From: Alphaproteobacteria bacterium
GTDB taxonomy: Bacteria; Pseudomonadota; Alphaproteobacteria; SHVV01
Direction of reading: 5' to 3'
Assembly: GCA_965261735.1 (NCBI GenBank)
Contig: OZ253470.1
Location: forward strand, 4,288,001 to 4,352,000
DNA: 64,000 nt
Part shown: positions 57,388 to 64,000 of the stretch, piece by piece
Position numbering within the stretch: position 1 is the first letter of the stretch
How the letters are laid out: each line of letters opens with the position of its first letter
Notes under the pieces: generated by a model
Told to the model about the DNA's origin: nothing
The model's database searches: none
Seen by the model: only the letters and a program-made list of their open reading frames with translations
Position numbers and translations under genes: made by a program

Positions 57388-58389
57388 CTATTTACGGGTT
57401 GCCTTCCCGAACGCCTCGGCGCCGTCGAGAAGCGACACCATCATAATGCGGCGCAGCCCGCAAGCCGCGCCGTCCAGCCGGCAGAGGACGAGGAAATACA
57501 TCTCGCCATCGTCGGGCAGCGATCCGATCAACAGCCGCTCGTCCTCGCCGGCGGAAAGAACCATGTCGAGAACGAGCCGCTTCGCAAACCCGGCCGGCAG
57601 CCCGGCGATTGCCTCCGCCGTCGCCGCGTCGGTGGCCGGCGCCGCCGCCATCACCGCCTTCGCGTCGCCCGCCGAAAGGGTCTCTGTGATATTGGCCAGC
57701 GTCGGGTGCAGCCAGGGCTCGGCTCCGGAATTCCAGCGCGCGCGTTGACGGGCATTCCACATCAGGCGCGGCCCTGTGGCCCGCGCATCGGCGGCATCGC
57801 CGGCGAAGGTCGTGGCGATCCGCGCGGCCTCTTCCGCCTTCGGGGGATGCGCGCGGTGAAAAGCCGCGAGGCGGGCCGCGGCGGTGGCGGCCAGAGCTTC
57901 GACCGGCCTCTCGTCCGCCTTCAGCCAGGACGGGCGCGACGACACTTTACCCGGCGGGCCGGTCAAGCGTTCGCCCGGAAGCGCGCGTATGACGGTCAGG
58001 CGCCAGCTGCCCTCCCGTTTCTCCCATACCGTCGAGACCGCGACGTCCAGCAGCGGGTTGTAATAGAGCGCCCTGGGGGCCGGCGAGCGGAGCCGGCCGA
58101 GCGCAACCATCGTGTTCTCGAAGAACGGCGGCCACAGCTCCGCAAGGGAGCCCTGCGCAAGGCCGCCCGGGATGTGCGAGAGCACCGGCGCGCCCCTGCC
58201 ATCGACGATCTCCGCGCGCAGCGTCAGCGCATGCGCGGCGAAACTTCGGGTTTTGGCATCGGCCCTGGCGGGCTCCGAGAGGGACATCGCGGACAGGAAT
58301 GCGGCGACAAGCCAGGCGAGCACGCAAATCGGATGAATCGTTCCACCATGCCGTGGTGCCGCTGTCTCTCCAAGCCCCAAGCCGATCAT
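57388..58389 (-). CDS. Hypothetical exported protein
   Basis: Signal-like segment ending ARA; ALYYNPLLDVAV; probable own start at ATG 58389. Confidence 0.55.
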   Translation of the reverse strand: MIGLGLGETAAPRHGGTIHPICVLAWLVAAFLSAMSLSEPARADAKTRSFAAHALTLRAEIVDGRGAPVLSHIPGGLAQGSLAELWPPFFENTMVALGRLRSPAPRALYYNPLLDVAVSTVWEKREGSWRLTVIRALPGERLTGPPGKVSSRPSWLKADERPVEALAATAAARLAAFHRAHPPKAEEAARIATTFAGDAADARATGPRLMWNARQRARWNSGAEPWLHPTLANITETLSAGDAKAVMAAAPATDAATAEAIAGLPAGFAKRLVLDMVLSAGEDERLLIGSLPDDGEMYFLVLCRLDGAACGLRRIMMVSLLDGAEAFGKATRK

Positions 58390-58436
58390 TGGCCAGTGAC
58401 TCCGACCGTAAATCGCGGCCGTAATGAGACAAGGAT

Positions 58437-59154
58437 TCATGGGCTGAGCGTCCGCGCAACACGGAAACCAATATTGCTGCTGCGGTTCCCGGCCGAGTTC
58501 CTTATGCGGGAAGCGGAGCGGAGGCGCTGCGGGCTGTTGTGCCAGGCACCGCCACGCAAAACGCGCATGCGACAATTGATCCTCGACCCACTCCCGAACA
58601 TTTCCGTGAACATCGTGCAATCCGAAAGCGTTCGGCGGAAACGAACCAATCGGAACCGTCTTACCTCGATCCAACCCCTTGCGGCCCGAGTTGTATGTGT
58701 AGTCCCCATCGTAGTTTGCCTGGTCCGTCGAGATCGTCGACCCGAAGTAGAACGCTTCCGTCGTTCCAGCCCGCGTCGCATATTCCCATTCCGCCTCCGA
58801 CAATAGCCGATAACGCTTCCCGGTCTTCCGCGACAGCCAGCGCACATAGGTCCGCGCCTCCCACCAGCTCACATCGATCACTGGAAGTCGCCCCCGACCC
58901 CAACCCTCGTCATGAGGGTGGTGTTCACGGCAGCCGCCTGCCGCCACGCAGGCGTCCCACTGAGCAAACGTGACCTCGTATTTACCGATCGCATACGGCT
59001 CTAGAATCGTCACTCGGTGCGCGGGGCCCTCATGATCTTCCCGGCCCAGTTGCGACAATCGCGAGCCCATCATGAACGAACCCGACGGAACCACAACCAT
59101 TTCCGGACACTCCTTGCAGTCACGGAATTCCTTTTTTTCAAGCAAGCGTAATTC
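58437..59154 (-). pseudogene. Formylglycine-generating enzyme (FGE-sulfatase) domain protein, frameshifted and 5'-truncated
   Basis: FRDCKECPEMV..RLLSEAEWEYA..NAFGLHDVHGNVREWVED, then RVLRGGAW..IGFRVAR in another frame. Confidence 0.85.
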
Positions 59155-59247
59155 CTTGCCTATCCGGTTTACACCCACACCCACTAGGGCTAGAATGGGC
59201 GCAAACCGGATATAGGGGAGCGCGCCATGGATGTTCTCGACCGCGCC
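59155..59247 (+). mobile_element. IS1595 left end only
   Basis: Near-identical to 31510-31601. Confidence 0.85.
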
Positions 59248-59399
59248 AGGTCGGGAACCGCCACCCCCGCTCGGCTGCCCGCGCGCGGGTCCCTCCCATG
59301 GACTACGAGGACAAGCTACCACCGAGCCCGTGGTACATCTGTGGACGCCTCCGTTGATGCAAGCCTTTCTTCGGACGGTTCGGCACATGCGGTCAGGTG

Positions 59400-59590
59400 C
59401 AGTCATCTGTCCGGCCTCATGATGCGGCTGGTTTGACGCCGCGGGCCTGTATGGAGATGCGCGGACCGGGTCCAAGATCATTTTTGCGGGCTTGAAAGCT
59501 CCGTGTACCACGACTGGTTTTCCCGATCCCGTCTCGATTGACCGTTTGCCCTTACCTGTCCTCCGACCTGCCCACATCCCCGACGGCTCT
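59400..59590 (-). ncRNA. Putative bridge RNA / seekRNA
   Basis: Non-coding tail containing segments that match both target flanks and the predicted circle junction; RNA boundaries are approximate. Confidence 0.8.
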
Positions 59591-59608
59591 CCGCCTTTCG
59601 CCGTCCTC

Positions 59609-60631
59609 TCAGGCGGCGGCGGGAGCCCGGTAGCTCTCCTTCTTCGTTGTCAGCGCCCAGATGATGCGTGCCATCCGGTTGGCCAGCGCCACCGCGACCA
59701 GCATTCTCGGCTTGCGGGCCAGCATCCTGGCCAGCCAGGGGTCGTTCGTCGCGCCACGCCGAGCCGCCCAGCTGACCACAGCCATGGCGCCCGTGATCAA
59801 CAGCCGCCGCAGATCGCGTTGGCCCATCTTCGATATCCTGCCAAGCCTTGGCTTGCCGCCGGTCGTGTGCTGTCGCGGCACGAGCCCGAGCCAGGCCGCG
59901 AAGTCGCGGCCGCGTCGGAAGCTCTCCATCGGCGGTGCGAAGGCCTGGATTGCCATTGCGGTGATCGGCCCAATGCCGGGGATCGTCATGAGCCGTGCCG
60001 CCTCTTCGTCCTGACACGCGCGGGCGCGGAGCTCCCTCCTCAATCCGTCGATCTTCGCATCGAGGTCCTCGATCCGATCGAGCAGAAGGGCGCCCAGCTC
60101 ACGGACCGATCCTGGCAGCCCTGAACCTGGACCCTGGAGGGCCGATGCCAGCCGATCGACATGAGCCGGTCCCTGCGGCGCGACAACGCCAAACTCCGCC
60201 AGGTGGCCCCGCAACGCGTTGATCGTCTGCGTGCGCTGGCGCACCAGAAGGTCGCGCGTGTGGAACAGCATTCCCCTGGCCTGCTGTTCTTTCGTCTTCA
60301 CCGCCACGAAGCGCATCGTCGGGCGCTGCGCCGCCTCGCAGATCGCCTCTGCATCCGCCATGTCGTTCTTATGCCGCTTCACGAACGGCTTGACGTAGAC
60401 CGGCGGGAGCAACCTCACCTCGTGGCCGAGCTCTCCGATCTCGCGGCCCCATTGGTGAGCGCCCGCGCAAGCCTCCATCGCGACCACGCAGCGCGGCTGA
60501 GAAGCGAGAAAGTCCAGCAATCTCTCCCGGCTCAGCTTCCTGCGGAACACGACAGAGCCGTCCGCCCCAGCACCATGAAGCTGAAAGCTGCGCTTCGCCA
60601 AATCAATCCCGACGATGGTAACCTGTTCCAC
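59609..60631 (-). CDS. IS110-family (DEDD) recombinase
   Basis: GIDLAK, MEAC, KNDMADAEAI, GLVPRQHTTGG and VALANRMARIIWA motifs. Confidence 0.95.
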   Translation of the reverse strand: MEQVTIVGIDLAKRSFQLHGAGADGSVVFRRKLSRERLLDFLASQPRCVVAMEACAGAHQWGREIGELGHEVRLLPPVYVKPFVKRHKNDMADAEAICEAAQRPTMRFVAVKTKEQQARGMLFHTRDLLVRQRTQTINALRGHLAEFGVVAPQGPAHVDRLASALQGPGSGLPGSVRELGALLLDRIEDLDAKIDGLRRELRARACQDEEAARLMTIPGIGPITAMAIQAFAPPMESFRRGRDFAAWLGLVPRQHTTGGKPRLGRISKMGQRDLRRLLITGAMAVVSWAARRGATNDPWLARMLARKPRMLVAVALANRMARIIWALTTKKESYRAPAAA

Positions 60632-60713
60632 GGATGCCTCCTCCTTCAGGGGGTCGAACTACAACACCACCTTGGCACATGCAGATGCCGTCGGGAGGAG
60701 GCGTCCACTCCAT

Positions 60714-60759
60714 CATTTTTGCGCCGCCGCGCCGGTACATATTCCCGCCGCCGCAAACA
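60714..60759 (-). mobile_element. IS21-family terminal repeat (target of the IS1111 element; continues at about 59250-59338)
   Basis: TGTTTGCGGCGGCGGGAATATGTACCGGCGCGGCGGCGCAAAAATG then TACCAC on the minus strand. Confidence 0.7.
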
Positions 60760-61114
60760 GTTCATATTTTTAGAGAAAATCTGTAACTGATTGTAAAATA
60801 ATAATAATTACTAGATCAAGAAGGGCGTACACCGAGTTTTCTCGAATCCCGTCATCAAACAGAATGCAGATTTTTTCTATAATCTGACCGTCTTTGACTT
60901 CCTTCGGCGCCGCTTGGCAATTCCGGACCGAGCCCCGACCACAGACAGATGGAAGCGGAATTCGGGCAACAGGCGCGCGTTTCCCGCAACCGCGGCAGCG
61001 AAACGAACGCCTGGGCCAGCCCGCGCTGTCGGACGACGCGGCTGACGAGTTCCACCTTCATCCTCCGATCCGCAGCTGAGGTGCCCCTACATCGGGCGCT
61101 TCGAGCGTCCGCAA

Positions 61115-61328
61115 CCCTGATCTCAGTTATACCTTCGCTTCCCGGGCACTGGCTCTCGGAGAGAGTCTCACGATGATCGGCAAGCTCCTCGGACACACCC
61201 AAGTCCAGACGACCGCGCGCTACGCTCACCTCGCCCGCGATTCTATCCAGAATGCCGCCGCGCGGATCACGGGAAGCATCGGCAGTAACTTGATGACAGA
61301 GACGAACGCCGATCAGGCCGGTCGATAG
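61115..61328 (+). pseudogene. Tyrosine integrase C-terminal remnant
   Basis: TFASRALALGESLTMIGKLLGHTQVQTTARYAHL. Confidence 0.8.
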
Positions 61329-61367
61329 TGCTTGAGACCGCCCAAGGCCGCGGAACCGCGCTTGCAC

Positions 61368-61427
61368 TTGACATACCAGGTGCCAGCACCCTAGTTTCCG
61401 GTAACGTAACCGGAAACTAGGGTGCTG
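61368..61427 (+). promoter_or_regulatory. Sigma70-like promoter overlapped by a 44-bp palindrome
   Basis: TTGACA-N18-TAGTTT; CAGCACCCTAGTTTCCGGT-aacgta-ACCGGAAACTAGGGTGCTG. Confidence 0.6.
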
Positions 61428-61429
61428 CT

Positions 61430-61714
61430 TTGGAACCTGCAAATCCTAAGACTCAAGAGGCGTCACGTGTCTCCCGACACCGCAAGAGGGTCGCAACCAG
61501 CGGCGCCCAGCGTGTCGAAGTCACGGTTCCCTCTCGGGACGCGCCCCTCGTCAAAGCGATCGCCGGCGCTCTCCGCTCGGGTGGGGAAGAAGCCGAAGTC
61601 ATTCGCCGGTCGCTGGAACCGGTACTGACCGCCCCAAGAGCACGCACAGGCGCCGAACTGGTCGCCTTCCTCCGTACCTCGCGTCTGACCGCTGCGCGGA
61701 CGCGGGCGATTTGA
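61430..61714 (+). CDS. Putative antitoxin-like DNA-binding protein; partner toxin absent
   Basis: RHRKR..GAQRVEVTVP..DAPLVKAIA resembles RHH-type antitoxins; 3' end looks altered. Confidence 0.5.
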   Translation: MEPANPKTQEASRVSRHRKRVATSGAQRVEVTVPSRDAPLVKAIAGALRSGGEEAEVIRRSLEPVLTAPRARTGAELVAFLRTSRLTAARTRAI

Positions 61715-61759
61715 ACCGCTGCATCTTTCGCTCTCGTCGTCGCACCGGCTGATGTGAAT

Positions 61760-62118
61760 TTTCTGCCCGATTGTTCTTTCGCAGGCCTTGCTCATGCTGA
61801 GCCGAGAGGGCAAGCAAACGGATCGCGGTGCCGTAGGAGCGGAGTTTATCGGTTACAATCGTCGCCGGCGCGAAGCCCTGCTTCTTCAAGAGTTTCCGCA
61901 TCAGCCGAATTGCCGCCCGAGCGTTCCTGCGGGATTGAACCAGGAAATCCAGGACTTCGCCCTCACTGTCCACGGCACGCCAGAGATAGAACTGCCTCCC
62001 TCGAATTACGACGACCATCTCGTCCAGGTGCCAGCGTTCGGTCGGTCGTGGCCGCCGACGTTGAATCCGCCGCGCATAGGCCCGACCGAATTTCAAGACC
62101 CATCTTCGAACTGTCTCG
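61760..62118 (-). pseudogene. IS6 transposase internal fragment
   Basis: ETVRRWVLKFG..WHLDE..LWRAVD..NNRAENSHQP. Confidence 0.85.
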
Positions 62119-62393
62119 CTGATCGCCGAGGCGGGGCTGATCAAGGGCGAGCGCATCGGCGTCGATGCCTCGACCATGGAGGCCAACGCGGCGCTGAGGA
62201 ACATCGTGCGGCGCGACAATGGCGAAGGCTACCGGGAGATGCTGGAGCGCCTGGCCCCGTGCTCGGGCTTGTAGGCCAGATGCGTCGTGCCGTCCTTCAT
62301 CTTGGCGATCTTGGCCTCGGGGTCGCTCTTCGAAACCCAATCCGTGTTGGAAAGCTTCTTGCCCTTGCGCTTCCGCTCCAGACGCGCCAGGTC
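62118..62393. pseudogene. Two IS1182-like transposase fragments in opposite orientation
   Basis: 62118-62257 (+) and 62258-62393 (-) both match parts of 44618-44926. Confidence 0.8.
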
Positions 62394-62517
62394 GCCGAGT
62401 CGTGCAAGAGCACTGGACTTGCCGGCGCAAAGGAGCGTCAGTGCGACCACGCCCGGCCACCCCGGGCTTGCCCCGGTAGCGGCGCCGATCTGCGCCGCAA
62501 TATCGGAGGAGAACACC

Positions 62518-62814
62518 ATGACCATCAAATCATCGAGGAAAAAGTCGGGATCGCGCGCCGCGAAGGCCACCAACCGCAAGAACTCAAAGACGACAGCTCC
62601 GAAGCAGCCGGGGATTACGAAGCTCGCACTTCTCGTCGCCCATCTCAGTGCCCCGGGCGGCGCGACCATCGCCGAACTCTGTAAGGTAACGGGCTGGCTG
62701 CCCCATTCGGTTCGAGGCGGGCTCGCCGGCGCACTGCGACGCAAGGGCCACGTCATCCGGTCCGAGAAAGAAGGGGGCCTGCGGTGCTACCGCATCGAGG
62801 AACCGGTGACATGA
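62518..62814 (+). CDS. DUF3489 family HTH-like protein
   Basis: GGAGGAG RBS; TKLALLVAHL..GATIAELCKVTGWLPHSVRGGLAG..YRI. Confidence 0.8.
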   Translation: MTIKSSRKKSGSRAAKATNRKNSKTTAPKQPGITKLALLVAHLSAPGGATIAELCKVTGWLPHSVRGGLAGALRRKGHVIRSEKEGGLRCYRIEEPVT

Positions 62815-63224
62815 TCGGCATGGCGCCGCTTGCGGACGAGATCGAGGCGCTCATGCCTCTTGGTCTCGAAGGGCTTCGAGAAGTCTGGCGCAACCGCTAC
62901 GGTGCGCCGCCGAAGCTGCGCTCGGCCGCGCTGTTGCGTCATTGCCTGGCCTGGCGGTTGCAGGCAGAGGCTCTTGGCGGTCTCGATCGTGACACACGGC
63001 GCCAGCTCAAGCGCCGCCAGCGGGTCCAGGCAGAAGGTCTTGAGCTCGGGATTGGGACCACGCTGCGGCGTGAATGGCGGGGGCGGATCGTCCAGGTCAC
63101 GGTCGAAGAAGAGGGGTTTCGCCATAAGGGCCAACTCTTCAAGAGCCTCTCCGCGACCGCGACCGCGATCGCCGGCACGCGCTGGAATGGCCCGCGTTTC
63201 TTCGGTCTCCGATCCGCTAAATGA
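62811..63224 (+). CDS. DUF2924 family protein
   Basis: Paralogue of 4229-4642; ATGA overlaps on both sides. Confidence 0.85.
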   Translation: MIGMAPLADEIEALMPLGLEGLREVWRNRYGAPPKLRSAALLRHCLAWRLQAEALGGLDRDTRRQLKRRQRVQAEGLELGIGTTLRREWRGRIVQVTVEEEGFRHKGQLFKSLSATATAIAGTRWNGPRFFGLRSAK

Positions 63225-63612
63225 GCCAACCCCGTCTCCACTGCGCCCTCTATACGAGGAAGAGCAGCGAGGAAGGCCTTGAGCAGGCGTTCAACTCCCT
63301 CGATGCGCAGCGCGAAGCCTGCGCGGCGTATGTGAAGAGCCAGGCCGGCGAAGGTTGGAGAGCGGTCCCGACCCGCTACGACGATGGCGGCTTCTCCGGC
63401 GCATCCATGGAGCGCCCGGCGCTCAAGCGGCTTCTCTGCGACATCGAGGCCGGCAAGGTCGACGTCATCGTCGTCTACAAGATTGACCGCCTGACCCGGT
63501 CCTTGGCCGACTTCGCACGCATGATCGAGATCTTCGATCGCCGTCGGGTCAGCTTCGTCAGCGTCACCCAGGCCTTCAACACCACGACCAGCATGGGCCG
63601 CCTGACACTGAA
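63221..63612 (+). pseudogene. Large serine recombinase, truncated after the catalytic domain
   Basis: [29 protein letters not shown], then a break. Confidence 0.88.
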
Positions 63613-63943
63613 CTGCCACGAACCGCATGGTGGGGCGCTGTGCCGCCTCGACGATCGCGGCCGCGTCGTTACTGTCATTCTTCTGCCGTTTCAGGAATGG
63701 CTTGACATAGATCGGCGGGATCAGCTTGCACGTGTGGCCAAGAGCGAGAATCTGTCGACCCCAGTAATGCGCGCCGCCGCAGGCCTCCATCACAACCAGG
63801 CACGGCGGCGCTTCGGAGAGGAATACAAGGAACTTTTCTCGCGAAAGCTTTTTGCCGAACACCGGCTTGCCTTCCGCCGTTGCCCCATGGAGTTGGAAAC
63901 TCCTCTTTGATATATCGATGCCAATGATGTTAATCCGGTCCAC
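63613..63943 (-). pseudogene. IS110-family transposase, N-terminal third
   Basis: [30 protein letters not shown], joined directly to the recombinase. Confidence 0.88.
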
Positions 63944-64000
63944 GGACGCCTCCTTCGTTGATCGAACGCACCCCACGTGCGTTCCTTCCTGGCGCTTATG

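Larger units (their letters stand above)
59336..60716 (-). mobile_element. Complete IS1111-type IS110 element
   Basis: Sub-terminal IRs GTGGACGCCTCC (59341-59352) and GGAGGCGTCCAC (60697-60708); CAT core at both junctions. Confidence 0.92.

Noticed and set aside
58437-59154. Diversity-generating retroelement target (FGE/CLec fold)
   Set aside because: No reverse transcriptase or template-repeat copy is seen in the window
62939-63976. Full-length 345-aa IS110 transposase
   Set aside because: Only about 110 codons are IS110; the rest is the antisense of the recombinase and DUF2924 genes

Overview
High-GC, alphaproteobacterial-looking accessory region (mreB, cspA, ABC-F and a LexA-box-like motif are alphaproteobacterial in type) that is saturated with insertion sequences and gene debris. 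It holds roughly 30 IS copies or remnants from the IS1595, IS630, IS5, IS1182, IS3, IS6, IS256, IS110/IS1111, IS21, IS481, IS1 and ISKra4-like families. Between them lie decayed integrative-element and phage genes (two DUF3489-DUF2924-serine recombinase modules, ParB, tyrosine integrase, helicase), decayed defence genes (HNH pair, DUF262-HEPN, HsdR, SMC-like ATPase), two orphan ABC substrate-binding proteins, an MFS transporter, an orphan mreB and secreted eukaryote-like proteins (Sel1/ankyrin, Calx-beta autotransporter, FGE-sulfatase). This repertoire suggests, by inference, a host-associated (e.g. sponge) symbiont undergoing genome erosion. Three signals stand out. (1) An intact IS1111-type IS110 element carries a downstream non-coding segment with 9- and 10-nt guides that match its own insertion site, an IS21-family terminal repeat; a second, related element end sits in another IS21 end. 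This points to an RNA-guided recombinase programmed against another transposon family. (2) Two oppositely oriented arrays of 21-bp-phased CCCTGTT boxes flank an IHF-like site and a palindromic core next to a DUF3489/DUF2924/serine recombinase module. (3) A 949-bp transposase-free element is bounded by perfect 26-bp inverted repeats and carries small passenger ORFs. Family assignments come from motif recognition by eye; no database search was run.
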